Shown here: piece after piece, positions 26,501 to 38,599 of the stretch
Numbering within the stretch: the first letter of the stretch is position 1
Layout: every line of letters starts with the position of its first letter
NCBI GenBank assembly: GCA_013239625.1
Contig: MU054117.1
Coordinates: forward strand, 560,001-620,000
Direction of reading: 5' to 3'
Length of the DNA: 60,000 bases
Source of the DNA: Lama guanicoe
Taxonomy: Eukaryota
Notes under the pieces: model-generated
What the model was told of the DNA's origin: nothing
What the model saw: only the letters and a program-made list of their open reading frames with translations
Databases searched by the model: none
Program-made: the position numbers and the translations under genes

Positions 26501-29500
26501 GGGTGGCAAAGTAGGTCCTGGGAGCCGCCTTCCCATTCAGCTTTCCCTACAACAGACAGCTACCTGCGGCCCGAAGGCAGGCAGCGCAGGAGCCGTCGGG
26601 GCCACTCTGCTCCTCCCGCATCACCGTCCTCCCCGCGGCCGGAGCCTCACCCGCTTGTGATGGTGCCTCAGTTTGGACAGAAACTCGAACTTGACACACA
26701 GACGTTCATTGGTGTTCAGCTGCAGGACAGACAGCTCCGCCCCCTCCAGGTAGAGGACACTGGCTGATGGTCAGAGAGAGGAGAGGAGGCACACGGGGTG
26801 AGGGGGTGTCACTTCTCTGTCTGCCACGCCGCCCCTCTGACCTCAGCCCCGGCCTGTTCCCTCCACCTCCCTCCTGGGCTGGCTTCACTATGGCCAGCAC
26901 ACAGTGACCCAGCTGGACTCGCACAGTGTAATTTACTCTGGGCTAGAAGCAAAAGCTTTGCAAATGTGTGGCTAGGGTGCTGGCAGCGTGGTGTGGGCAT
27001 CCAGCGGGCATCACTGTCCTTGAAGGGGACGCAGCGGTCGGTGGGGCTGGAGCCTCAGAGAACACCACCCTCTGCCCATCCACAGATCTGGGGTGGCCTG
27101 GTCCCCCAGTTTTGCATAAAGTCTATCCCTGGAGAGGTTTGGGGTGCTGTTCTCAGAAGGGCCGGCCCTGCGGTCAGAGAATTCACCATCTGACTTCTTT
27201 TTCCAGGGAGATAAAGATTTTAGGCCAAAGGAAGGCCTTTCCTGAAGGATCGTGGGATGAGAAGATATCATCACGGGGCAAAGTCAAAACCCCTGACAAA
27301 GGGTTCGCGTGAGGGGGTAGCCCCTGTCGCTAAGCCTGGACCCTCACGTCTGAGCCCAGTCCTGAGCCTCGTGCGGGCCGGAGGGTCTCGCCTGTGGAGG
27401 CCCCGGTGCTGGGCAGCGCAGCACCCCCAGGGCCCAGGGGTGCCCGCTCACCATCTGTCTGCAGCGTCCACTCAATGTGGACCACGGGCAGGAGGTGTCC
27501 ATGCTGCGTGTGCACAAAGCGCAGCTGGGTCTGCACGTCTTTGGGGGACGAGGGGGTCAGGCTTCGGGGTTGGATCCAGCTGTCATCCAGGCAGGTACCT
27601 GGCCCAGGAAGAGCACAAGTCAGACTCACAGGCTCGGGAGGAATGGGATGCGGTGCACAAGCAAGACGCCCCGGCCGGGGAGCCAGGCCTCCCCAGGCAG
27701 GCCGGGGCCAGGCGCGCCGGCCTCTCAGCCTCACCCCCGCCCGCTTTCCCGATGCTGGTCTGGGTCACAAGGAAGCTCAAGGGGAGGTGGCCGAGCGCAC
27801 CCTCGCTGGGAGGCGGGAGGCAGCCGGAGGGCGGCTGTTTTTATAGGCGGGACCCCTAACCGGCACAGACACCCGACCCGCACATCTTTCTTGATTAAAA
27901 GGCCAAACAAAGCCGCCAGCATGGCCGTCTCCCCCGGCACAGCGACAGCTCCAGCAGAGTTGTCTTACAGAGTCACCAGGGCAGCACCCCAGGAAACTCC
28001 CCCAACTCAAGTGACAGCCCGGCTCCTCCCGTCCTGACGGCCGATGGCGAGCGTTCTGGGCGGGGGCGTGGGGGCTCGTGGCCAAGCCCCCGGGGTCCTC
28101 CTGCTGGGGGCCACTCAGCGCGGGGTCAGCACTTCATCACCCAGGCAGCCGAGGAGCACGAGCACAGAGGACTTACTGTTCTTGACGATGCAGCTGAGCT
28201 CCTGTGGGGGGAAGATGCGGGCGGTCACCGTCGGCAAAGAGCTTCCGCACGTGGGCCGGGCTCCGGCGTCCCCAGGGTCACCCCCTCCCTCTCGCCTTTG
28301 GGGGCCCCACTTGGAGGGACCACACCCTCCTCATGCTTTCTGCCGACCGAGGGGAAGCGGGTGAGAAGTGGGCACAGCACAGGCAGAGTGGGACTGGAGG
28401 AGATGCTGGGAGTCAGGGACTGTCTACCTCCAGACACTGAGGTTTCCCCTGGGCGCCCCAGAAACACCCCCAAATCTCTTGAGGCTTCTGGGCAACAAGA
28501 CGGGGACAAAACCTGCCACTCCCCCCCACCCCCCGGGTCACAGGATCAGTCACAGAAAACTCACCCCGTGGGCACAGACTTTACAGATAACATCTCACCC
28601 GCGATTACGGACTCCCTTGGGGCTGCCTCACACTCCGGCAGTCCCCCTGGCTCTCTGACCCCCGGGGGAGATCTGGGCCGCGTTCAGAAGTCCCCATTAC
28701 AAGCACAGGGACACCTTCGGCCAGGGAACTCTACGCTGGAGAACAGCGCCCCCCCGGGGCAGGTCGCCTCCTCACCACTTACCAGCCACGGGACACCAGG
28801 CGACACACCCGACCCCGCCCAGCCTGGACGTCTGCAGGTGCAGAGTCACAGCCCTGACGCCAGCCCCAGAGCACCGCTGGGAATCAACCGACAGAGACAC
28901 GAGCAGAGACCCCGGCCACGGAGCCTCGCGTTCGCGTCCAGCGCAGCCGTACCACCCGTATCCCGAGCAATGGAACGTGTGTTAGTGACGCACCCGAGCG
29001 AGCTGCTGCCCTGTCAGACAGGCAGCCCGCCAGAAGCCCAGGAAGAGGACCAGGAGTCCCGCAGGCCCCGGCGCCTGGGGGGCCAGCTCACTGCCGGGAC
29101 GGAGACGGCCTCGCCCAGTGTCTGACACGGAGGCTGCTCTGTAACCCCCGGCTGCCCGCTTTGCGGCTGGGGTGCAGGGAGCACCTCGTGAAGGGAGTGC
29201 TCGTCGTAGGGGGGCCCCCGCACACTCAGGTTTGGCGGGGAGCAAGGCGACAACTCGGGGGCACAGGGACCAAGCACCTCCCGTGGGGCCAAGTCAAGGC
29301 GGCCAGAGTGACGGTTCCGAGGACGGCAGAGGGGCTCAGCGTGTGTGCAGACAGCGCCCCGCGGAGCAGGAGGCAGAGGAGGAGCCAGGATGCCGCCAGG
29401 CCTCACTCACAGGCTGGGTGCTGGTGGCATACTCGTGCTCGCTCCAGGGCCGGCCCAGCCATGCCGGGCCGCCCTACCCTGCCCCTCTGGGACGTCATTC

Positions 29501-32500
29501 ATGAGCCCCCGGGGTCCAGACCTTCTGCACCCCGTCCAGCTCCTGGTGATGATTCTCACTCGCTGTCTCGGCCCCGCCGGGCACACGTCCAGCCACCCGT
29601 CCAGCTGCTCCGCTCTCTCTACGAGGGCCACTGTTTCCTGGGAGGAGGGGGATGAGCTCCCACCAGCGCCTCATTCCTCCCCCTCCTGGAGAGGACAGAG
29701 TGGACCGGCGCGCGGGGGACAGAAACCGGTTCTTTCGCCCTGAGATGGGAGCTCTTGCAGAAAAGGAAACTGATGCCCGCTTTGGGCAACTCCCTGTTAC
29801 CCACCAGTAGCTCCTCCAGGACCACCGCAGAACGGCGAGCAGGACAGAAGGCTCTGACCTTCGCGTGACCGAGGGGAGCTGGGAGGGTCTGGGAACGCAG
29901 GCAGCGGGGGCGCCTGTCCTCTAACCCCTGTGTCCGACGCAGACGGCTCCCCGTCTGGCTCCCCACTTGGCACTGTTCGAGGTCTTGGTCTTTGAGACCC
30001 ATCGCTGTACACGCGCATTTTCCTTCTATTACCATTTTGCTTATCGTTTTAATTAAAACAGCCTCTGAACTTCGTCAAATATCTCGTGTCTATTTACAAA
30101 GCTTCGCAGATTTTCTCCTTTAATTTCCTGGTGTAATGAACTGCATCGATCGATTTGCTGATGATGGACCAACTCCGCACTCTTGGACTCAGTCCTGCTT
30201 GGCGACGGTGCATTTCCTAGCATGTTCATAGGTTAAATTTGCTAATTTTAATACAGAATTGTTTGCATCTGTGTTCATAAGTTAGATCGGTCCACCGTTT
30301 TCTCCTTCTGTGTACATTATGTCAAGCTTTAGAATTAAACTTATGCTAGCTCTGAAGTGGGTAGCTTTCCCTGTTTTTCTGTGGTATTAAATGCCCGTCA
30401 AGAGGGAAGGACTGAACAGAATTAACAGACACAAACTGCTATACCTAAAACAGATAAGCAACAAGGATTTATTGCATAGCACAAGGAATTATAGCCAGTA
30501 TCTTGTAATAACCTATGCTGAAATGTAATCTGCAAAAAACCCCCACCGGATCACTGTGCTGTACACCTGAACCTAATGCAGTGTTGTAAATCAGCTGTAC
30601 GTGAACAAAACGGGGAATTCCCGAATAACGTGCGCCCGAGTTTAAGTCTCAGTGTCCATCCACCAAGACCGAGCCGGCTGAACAGACTGCTGCCCACACC
30701 AGGAGTACTGCGCACACGCTAAGAGACTTGGTTACGCAGCGGTCTGCCGACCTGGAGCGATGCCCAGCATATGAGTGAGAAGAGTAAGTTGCAAAGAATC
30801 CTTTATTACATGATCCAACTTTGTCTGGAAAAAAATGACGAAAAACCCCTCCGCATATGTGTACACATGTGTGAATACACTGAACATACACAAACACGTG
30901 GCAGGTGCACATCAGGCTGTTCACACACTGGTTACTGGGGGTCAAGGGACGGACGCAGAGGAATACGCATGCGTGTAAGACAGAGCCTGACACTCCCTTC
31001 GAGTCCTGACGTGGTGACGGCGTACGCCCATCTCCTCCCCTCCCCAAACCACATCAAAGTTATAGGAAGGAGGGAATTTTTATAAATGTTCAGGGACAGA
31101 GAGGTAACATCACTGGAAGAGATGAGGACAGATTTTTAAAAGACACAACAAGGAGGAGCGGGCACCTGGGGAGCGGGGCGGGCTCAGAGAACGCGTCTCA
31201 GAACCAGGTATCGGGTACCTGGGGAGGGAGGACAAAGCCAAGGGCGAGAGGTGGGGGGCAGGGGAGGGCTGCACCTGCGATTTGGGGCACCCGAGCCTCT
31301 ACTTCCCTGCCCGATCTCATCCTGCTGGCAGCCACGCCCAGAGAAATGCCCTGCCAGTCTCGACACTAAGAGTCACCCAGCAGACAGGCCACGTTCACCA
31401 TCAGCCTGGGGCCACCAGTGAAGCCCAGCGATGGGTACGCCCCCTGCACACCGGGCATCCAATGTCCTTGTTCTTGGAATGTCCTCTGACAGCCAAAGAG
31501 CACCAGGTGTTTGAGAAGAGTTTCCTGTATGAAAAATAGGTTAAAACCCCCTGAATTTAAAAAGTGCTCTTGGAGGAAATAAGACAATGCTGGGAACAGA
31601 ATAAAATTAAAACAAACAAATAAAGTTAGAACAGTTTTAAGGAAATAAGAGAGGATATTGGGAGATAAAAGTGGAAAGGGAAGGAATGATCAATTATTTA
31701 ACGTGTGTGTGGAATTTACAGTAACGTAATGTTTTTAACAGTGTAAAACATGCACCCAGGGTCTTCCTTGGAGCCACTAGGATCTCGTCTTACTCCCTTC
31801 CAACAAATCAGCCCTAATTCCTTTATTTCAAATGCCCATTTTAAAAAGTGGTAGGGTCAGAGTGCCAGCTGGGAGCCGGGGAACAGCACTAGGTAGCGCG
31901 CCCGGCAGAAATCCGAAGGAACGTTCTCGACCAAGAGGACACAGCGGGCCAGTACCCGCTGAGCTCTCGCCGTGCCGGGCGTCACGATAACACCACACAC
32001 CCACCTCATTTAACCTTTTTTTTTTTTACAGTATATTTTGTTGCTTTGTTATTGAATATTACATGTACATAATAAAATGTGCAGATTTTAAAAAGTCTGA
32101 AGAATTTTTATAAATGAGTACATCTCTGTGACCAGCTAAGTTGTAAGACCTTCCATCACACCAGTAAACCGCCTCATTTAGCCTTTACAACAGTCCTATG
32201 ATGTAGGTCCCTTATCCCATTTTTACCCTTGAAAAAGCTGAGGCACAGGAAGGTCAGCTGAGTGGCCCAAGGCCCCATAGATCCGAAGCCCAAAGCCATG
32301 TAGTTCTGCTCCAGGACCACACTCTTAACCACCGCTACACGGCCTCTGAATAAAAACATGTGGGCCCACGTTCTCCATCAGGGCGGAGAAGATGGAAAGG
32401 AAGGACTGAGACTGAGCCACCACAGTCCTGACAGAGAGATGTGGGCTCTGAAGTCGCACACGCATCTCTGCTCTGCTCCACCTTGGCCAGTCACCCCATC

Positions 32501-35344
32501 TCTACAACGGGTCAACGGTGCTGGCCCGGCAGGTAGTCGAGCTCCGAGTGAAGGTGGATTGCTACCCCCGCACAGTGGCTGGCACAAAGCCGCAGGTGAC
32601 TGCTGGTGCCAAGGCACACCCAGCCCCACGCCGCCCCTCGTCTGACCCAGGGTGTTATGTGCTCTCACAGCAACCCTGGGGCGCGAGGGGCACCCCCTGC
32701 GTGGATGGAACACCAGCTCACAGCAGCAGAGGGGCTGGGAGGGGAAGCTCCACCCAGAGCCCAGGCCCAAGCCAGCCAGGCCTCTTGGGCTGCTGGGTGC
32801 TGGGTGCTGTCCCAGTCTCTGCACCCAGGCTGGCAGCCAGCTGTTGGGCTGGACTGCCAAGGAGCCTGTGACTCTGCTCTAATGCCGCCAGCAGGGACCC
32901 CAGCCCTGCTGGCCCAGTGCACCCACCACGCCGGAGAGCCCAGAGAACACAACTTGACCCTTGGGTGGGGGGCATGGCCGAGAGCTTCTGGCAACCGGAA
33001 GATTGGGTGAAACCCAACAGCTGTTCCACCTCCAGTCAAACCGTAAGTGCCCAGGAAAAAACGGATGTGTTACGAACGAACACACACCCTGTCTAGAAGC
33101 TTGGGTGTCTAGGGAACTCCCGCTGACCAACTCAGGCTTTCCTCTGGGCTTAGAAAGCCCCGGAGAGGAGTTGGGGGCGAGTCCACGCAGGGAACGGTTT
33201 CTCCAGCACGGATCTGCATCTGGGGGGACTCAGTCACCGGGTCTTGAGGTGCTAAATCCAAGCAGCCAGAGTCAGCGCTGCGCCTGCTTTCCGTCTGTCG
33301 CTGCCTCAAGTAGCGCGAGCCATCGCTCCCCCGGTCACCCGCTCCTCCGTCCTTTTGTTCCACAAACATCTGTCAGGCCCACATCCTGTGTTTGCAGCAC
33401 TGGGCTGGGAACCGCACAGGCATGTGCCGGGTCCTTCGCTGTCTTAGGGGAGAGGCACCGCGCAGTGGTACCGGCCCACCCTGCGAAGGCTCACCCAGCC
33501 TTTCCGCGAGGACACGGAGACCCAGGGGCATGCCGCCTAAACTACCCAGGTTGTGGAGGCTGCAGGTGGTGACGTTAGAATGCATACCCAGATCCTCCGC
33601 CTCAAGTGTGCGGCTCCCCTCCCATCAGTCGCCACGCGGGCTTGCAACCACTGAAACACCAGGCAGGGTGTAGCTTCGTTCTTTTCAAAGGGACTAGTCA
33701 CCGAGCAGGGAAGCTGTCTGGCCGAGGAGACGCCTGTCTGCGGCTAGGTGTGCGTGGAGACGGGTGGGAAGAGGGGAGGGCCCGGGAGATGCAAACAAAT
33801 CCGGCCGAGTCCTTCTCCAGCCCCGCCCCGATCAGGCCCCGCCCCGTCCCGCCGCCCAGACTCTCAGCGGCTTCCCGCTGAGCAATTGCGGTCAAACCCA
33901 AAAAACTTCAGTCCACCCCAGCTGGCAATAATTTCTCTTTTCCTTGGAATTCTGTACGCTCACTGGTTGCGCAAAGGGCACTTGCTACAGGCTGCCTGAC
34001 GTGGTGTCTGCCTCCCCGGGTGCTCTACCCCCGTCACCGGGGCCCCGGGAGGTTTCTGGGCCGGTTCAGTACCTTGCACTCTGCAGGCTCCTGGCAAAGG
34101 GCCAACAAAAGCTGAGCAGGCGCCTTGGCGGCAGAACACGTCTTCTTCACCCAGTGCCCGGGAAGGACCTGCCCAGCACGAGCCCCCTGCTTCGCCCAGG
34201 AGTGGGAGTCACCAGGGCACTTCCCAACATCATTCTCGTTAAAAAAGTTTCTGCTAAACAGTCACCGACCTTCCACCCTCTTGTGCTGAGTCCACCACCA
34301 AATTGGATAAGGAGAAATACCGCTTTGGTTGTTTCACATCCTCTGACTCAGATTCTGAGCATTACTCCTTAGGGTCAGCGGTGGTAGAGGGGAGGGGGCC
34401 AAGGAAAGAGAGAGGGGCGGGGTGGGGGCGTGGAGGGCAGAGGCCGTGCGGGCGGGCACGGTCTGGCTGTTGTTTCTTCCTCGTGACGGCCCTCCACCCC
34501 CAGGGAACTACCCGGCGGTGGGTGTGTCGCTTCCTGTGGGCGCAGCGGGGCAACCGCCCGGCTGATACAGGCAGGAGGGACCCCAGGCCTGGGTGGTGGG
34601 GGCTGGAGGGGCAATGTCCTAAGGGTCTGCGCGGCCCCCCAGGAGTCGCCCCGGGAGGGGTCATCGCTCTGCCCGCACAACTCTCCCCGGAAAGTGCGCC
34701 CAACGGACCCCCGGGCCCGTGCGCCAGGCTCTGCGGCCGCCGGATCCCCAGGGCGCGGGCTCCGGTGGAGGAGGGTCCGAGGACCGGGTTTGGAACCGGG
34801 TCCAGCCCCACCTCGCCCTCCGCAGGCCCCTCCCTACCCGCTTCTAACCAGCCCGTCCTGCCTCCAGCCGGCCGCGCCTCCCAGTCCTTCCCCAAAATGT
34901 GGGGCCCCCGCGGAGGTGTCACCCCTCCGCCAGGACGCCGGCCCAGGTTGGGCAACCCGCGCTACGCGACCTTTCTCCGCAAACTCCGTCTCCTCCAGTG
35001 TTCGAAGCGCAACTCCCGCCGCTCCGTGAGTCCTCCCCAGGGCTGCCCGCTCTTATGCCCAAGCCTCGGATCCCCGCGATCCCCTCGCGGACCTCCTGCG
35101 CACTCAGCGGCCCCGCGTCCCCGGGCCTCCCACCCCGGGCTGCTCGCCCTCAGCATCTTTGGCGCCGGCTCCCCGAGGCTGCGCGTGGTCTCACCTGCTG
35201 GGCGCACACGGGCGGTGGGTAGTCCAAGAGCCTCGGGGAGGAGCGACCCAGGCCCAGAGCGCGCAAAAGAAGGAGGAGGAGAAGGAGCGGCGGCCCCGGC
35301 GGGGACCCAGGGGACACGCTCGGCCGGCAGCGCGGAGCCTTCAT
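19050..35344 (-). CDS. IL17RA: Interleukin-17 receptor A, 13 coding exons, 865 aa
   Basis: Exons 35195-35344, 28177-28201, 27452-27598, 26651-26763, 25480-25606, 24282-24329, 23963-24126, 23305-23388, 22926-23010, 22158-22169, 21723-21824, 21111-21152, 19050-20548; all GT-AG, phases consistent, total 2598 nt; signal peptide, FnIII domains, TM and SEFIR/TILL domains. Confidence 0.97.
21111..21152 (-). CDS. IL17RA: IL17RA exon 12 (42 nt)
   Basis: (G)[13 protein letters not shown]; ctttcag acceptor, gtgggc donor. Confidence 0.9.
21723..21824 (-). CDS. IL17RA: IL17RA exon 11 (transmembrane, 102 nt)
   Basis: (D)[33 protein letters not shown]; gtaag donor. Confidence 0.96.
21868..22001. repeat. 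54-bp minisatellite, ~2.5 copies, IL17RA intron 10
   Basis: Unit CTGCCCAGCCCTGGGTGTCCTCTCTG...CCAGCCCTGGAGGCCCCACCCCA starts at 21868, 21922, 21976. Confidence 0.9.
22158..22169 (-). CDS. IL17RA: IL17RA micro-exon 10 (12 nt)
   Basis: ttctcattgcag|ACACGATTGAAG|gtacgc; phase 1-1; gives ...TP-DTIE-DYLPLW. Confidence 0.85.
22490..22870. mobile_element. Two opposed MIR fragments with an internal degenerate 14-bp repeat
   Basis: CTCTGTGCCTCAGTTTCCTCACCTATGAA ... TGTGAGGATTAAA; GCCCAAGGCTGCACAGCTAATG; TAGTACACAGTGCT-like units 22580-22672. Confidence 0.65.
22926..23010 (-). CDS. IL17RA: IL17RA exon 9
   Basis: [28 protein letters not shown]; 85 nt. Confidence 0.95.
23305..23388 (-). CDS. IL17RA: IL17RA exon 8
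   Basis: [28 protein letters not shown]; 84 nt. Confidence 0.95.
23872..23893. repeat. G22 homopolymer (IL17RA intron 7)
   Basis: 22 consecutive G. Confidence 0.9.
23963..24126 (-). CDS. IL17RA: IL17RA exon 7
   Basis: (G)[54 protein letters not shown]; 164 nt. Confidence 0.95.
24282..24329 (-). CDS. IL17RA: IL17RA exon 6
   Basis: (D)[15 protein letters not shown]; 48 nt. Confidence 0.95.
24550..24569. repeat. C20 homopolymer (IL17RA intron 5)
   Basis: 20 consecutive C. Confidence 0.9.
25480..25606 (-). CDS. IL17RA: IL17RA exon 5
   Basis: [42 protein letters not shown]; 127 nt. Confidence 0.96.
26651..26763 (-). CDS. IL17RA: IL17RA exon 4
   Basis: (A)[37 protein letters not shown]; 113 nt. 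Confidence 0.96.
27452..27598 (-). CDS. IL17RA: IL17RA exon 3
   Basis: (S)[48 protein letters not shown]; 147 nt. Confidence 0.96.
28177..28201 (-). CDS. IL17RA: IL17RA exon 2 (25 nt)
   Basis: cccacag|GAGCTCAGCTGCATCGTCAAGAACA|gtaagt = ELSCIVKN(S). Confidence 0.92.
30110..30400 (-). mobile_element. Old L1 ORF2 fragment
   Basis: TTTGCTAATTTT...TTTGCATCTGTGTTCATAAG...TTATGCTAGC motif, similar to the 1540-1700 relic. Confidence 0.55.
30420..30610 (+). mobile_element. Cetartiodactyl L1 3'UTR fragment
   Basis: AAACAGATAAGCAACAAGGATTTATTGCATAGCACAAGGAATTATAG...TCACTGTGCTGTACACCTGAA...TTGTAAATCA. Confidence 0.75.
32170..32345 (-). mobile_element. MIR SINE
   Basis: TTTACAACAGTCCTATGATGTAGG...ATCCCATTTTAC...GCTGAGGCACAGGAAGG...GCCCAAGG. 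Confidence 0.75.
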
Positions 35345-35960
35345 GGCCCCCGTCCTCTGAGGAGGGCTCACGCCCGGGCTGGGGGGACAGCGAGGGCGCG
35401 CCCTGGGCTTCCTTGTTGGCTGAGTCCCGAGTCGGCTCTCGGAAGCCTGCTTCCGGCTTCCAGCCCGGCCAGGGGCGGGCCGCGCCGAAGGGGAGGGCTC
35501 GCGCCAGGCCGGTCCGCCCGCGGGTCCCTCCCCGACGTGCGTCCCAGGTACGCGCTCCTCCCCGCGCTCCTCCCCGCGCTCCTCTCCGGGCTCCTCCCGC
35601 CCACGCTGCGCCGCTAACCCCGGGCCTGCGAGTCCTGCGCTCCGGCTCGGTCTGCTCTTACTCCCTGAGCTTCACCGCGGGACCTGAAACTCTCTTTTAC
35701 TGCTTCCCCCCTTGCTCTCGCCCCTGGTCCCACTCTCTTCTTTTTCTCCTCGGTCGAAGGAAGTCCGTTTCCCCAGTCCTCGTCTCTCTATCCACACCCT
35801 CTTCCCTCGATTTTGCTCGGCTTGTCTCCAGGCAGAGGCAGCTCTGCGCTCCGACGCGCCTTCGCTGCATCCGGCAGGAGCGGGGAGCCCTGGGCCTCAC
35901 GTACCTGCGCGGACTGCTGGTGAGGGTTGCAGGGCGCCTGGCCGGCTCTCGACGTTCTTC
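34400..35960. promoter_or_regulatory. IL17RA CpG-island promoter / exon 1
   Basis: CpG-dense region around the ATG at 35344; GC boxes at ~35472 and ~35596; short GCTCCTCCCCGC repeats 35554-35600. Confidence 0.85.
35195..35344 (-). CDS. IL17RA: IL17RA exon 1 (signal peptide)
   Basis: ggggcc[53 protein letters not shown]|gtgaga. Confidence 0.92.
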
Positions 35961-36352
35961 TGACTGGTTGGTGCTGAGGGAATCTGGAGTCAACATTGTC
36001 AGCCTTCCGGGCTCTGCATGCTGGCGGTCAGCAGTTGACTTCTTCATCTTGGTCGGGGTTTTAGCGTCTGCAGAACATCTCAAGGATACAGCTCAGGGTG
36101 TTACCGACAGCCCTCAAGGAGGAACTAAAGGTCCTTGACTGTTTTACGGTTAAACTATTATTATTATTTTGTCTTGCTCCACTGTTCTCCTTTGTTTCTG
36201 CATTTTCTCCCGTCTCTGATTAAATTTGTTCTTTGGAACTCGAGGAAGACCTAGGAGGCTAAGGCTTGTCTGCAAACAAAGGCAGGGATACAGGCTTGGG
36301 GGGGGGTGGTGTCTGTCCCTGGGAAGGTCCCTCAGGGACCTTCTTGGCTTCG
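35920..36352 (-). mobile_element. ERV1-type solo LTR (MER41-like)
   Basis: TTCTGACTGGTTGGTG...CAGTTGACTTCTTCATCTTGGT...GAGGAACTAAAGGTCCTTGAC...CCTAGGAGGCTAAG...TGTCCCTGGGAAGG; resembles laurasiatherian MER41-like LTRs as I recall them. Confidence 0.55.
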
Positions 36353-36364
36353 TGTTTTGTTATA

Positions 36365-36895
36365 TTCATTCATTTATTTTTTTAGATTCCACATATAAGT
36401 GATATCATGTGACATTCCTCTTTCTCTGTCTGACTTACTTGGTATGATAATCTCTAGGTCCAACCTTGCTGCTGCAAATGGCATTGTTTCATTCTGTTTT
36501 CACGGCTGAGTAGTATTCCATTGTATAAATATACCACATTGTCTTTATCCAGTCATCTGTTGATGGACATGTAGGTTGCTTCCATGTCTTGGCTATTGTA
36601 AATAGTGCTGCTGTGAACACTGGGGTGCGTGTGTCTTTTTGAATTAGTGTTTTCATTTTCTTGGGGTAAACACCCAGGAGTGGGATTGCTGGATCGTATG
36701 GTAACTCTATTTTTGATTTTTTGAGGAACCTCCATGCTGCTTTACACAGAGGCTGCGCCAATTTACATTCCCACCAACAGTTCATGAGGGCTCCCTTTTC
36801 TTCACACCCTCTACAATGCTTGTTATCTGTCATTTTGATGATGGCTATTCTGACAGGTGCGGGGCGATCCGTCACTGTGGTTTGGATTTGCATTT
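36365..36895 (-). mobile_element. L1 ORF2 C-terminal fragment
   Basis: ORF 36489-36893: WRFLKKSKIELPYDPAIPLLGVYPK...AALFTIAKTWKQP...MWYIYTMEYYSA. Confidence 0.9.
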
Positions 36896-37119
36896 CTGAA
36901 TATCAGGTTTGAGGAAGACGACAAAGTTCTCTCTGCTCCGAGTCACTGTCACCACCCCCGTTCTTGGCCTCTTGGGTCAAGAACTTCCTTCAGTCCCAGA
37001 ACCTCCTCCCTTGGGTCTCACGGCCCCTGTGGCCTCTCTTCCTCCTCTGCCCAACCTTGATTCCAGGCTGGTCATATGGCTGTTCACCGGCTGTGAGCCA
37101 GACAGACCATCTTCACCGA

Positions 37120-37518
37120 CCTGGTTGAAGGCCGTTACTCTGGCACTTGGAGTCACCCAAGGTCAGGGCTGACCTGGTGCTCAGTTCCCGGAGCACAGGA
37201 ATCTGCCCAAAGGTGTCCCAGCAGCACCAGAATGAGAACCGTGAGGGAGGTCCTGGCTGTGGCCCCTCCGTCCTTCCTCAACCCCCTCCTCCCTCTCCCC
37301 TTCCTTTTCCTTTTTCCTTTTCCAGTTTGGAGCCAGAAAAAAAGGTGTGGAAAGGACGTGTGAAATCAAGGTTCCGGTGGACGTGCTCAGACCTGGTACC
37401 TGGCGCATCCTGCCCAGACTTCTGATGCACAGAGTCCCTGGAAATAAATGTCATTGCTGTTTTGTATCGCTAAGTTTTGAAACGGTTTGGTCTGCAGCAG
37501 TGGATAACCAAAGGTACA
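37120..37518 (+). mobile_element. MaLR (MLT1) LTR fragment
   Basis: CAGACTTCTGA...AATAAATGTCATTGCTGTTTT...CTAAGTTTTG...TTTG...GCAGCAGTGGATAAC...ACA 3' end. Confidence 0.6.
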
Positions 37519-38599
37519 TCGTCTACTGAATTAAACACTAAGTGTGCAGCTGTAGTAATTAATTCTGCCTCCAGCTTCCCTTCCTGTGGTAACGCCTACC
37601 CATCACCGTCCCGAGCTCTTCCCGCAGCCCTTCCCAGCACCGCCAGCAGCGTGCGCAGTGGAGCGATGTTGTGTGTGTCGAGCACGTTCTTAGCATTGTG
37701 TTTCTTATTCGCATGTTTGACAAGCGTTGATTGAGATCCACGTCAGGCCAGACTCTGAGGGTTTAGAGCTGAGTGTCTGCCTTCTATCTTCTCCATTTTT
37801 CAAACCAGAATTTACATAATCATTCCTTGGAAATCGCTCTTTGACTTGAACAGATTGATCCAGGTGTCCTTTTCTTGCGTATTTGTACGTTTTAGCTCCA
37901 AAGAACTTATGGTACCTTACAATATGACCTATGGTATCAAACCATGAAAATAAAATTAAAATGGAAAGTATCAGGACAGAAAAATAAGTACACAATGAAC
38001 CGAGTTTAATGGCATTGCCGCAAGTGAGCAAGCACCTCTGGGACCCCGGCGGAAGGAGGCCGCGGGTGGGTCATTTTCATGGCTCGGTGAAAGCAGGCAG
38101 GTCACTGCTCCAGCAGAGATGGAGATTCTGACTCCCCTGCTGGGGGGTGGGGGGACAGGGGACCAGAGGTGAGCAGCGGAGACAGCACGGGTGGACGAAA
38201 GGGCTTGCGAGGACCTGGGCCGTGGGAAGAGCAGAGCGTGCTGGGGCTGGGAGGGCGGCAGGAGGCTGGTGGGAAGGGCTGTGGCCGGAGGATGCAGGGA
38301 CAAAAGGGCTCATCGATGTGGCAGGCCCTGGGCTGGAGATTCGGACTCGGGAGAATGACGAGTTTCCTGGCCAGCGCTTCCAGGGTTCAGTTTAAATGAG
38401 ACGAGCGTGTAGGAGGGGGGGTTGGGGGTTGAAGAGAGTGGGTGTGCACTGGACTCTCCTGGTAGAACCTGCCGGAATGGAAGCCTGTTCCAGATTCAGA
38501 CCACTGGGGCGTCTGGATCCAGAGAGACAGCGAAAAGTCAGATGGCGACAGAAGGCCAGCGGGGCCTGCTCAGCCTCCAGAGGCTCCTGGCCCGCACAC

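Noticed and set aside
34303..36138. 611-aa plus-strand ORF antisense to IL17RA exon 1
   Set aside because: Non-ATG start, low-complexity P/R/G/A composition, spans a CpG island and runs into an LTR; expected stop-codon scarcity in GC-rich DNA.
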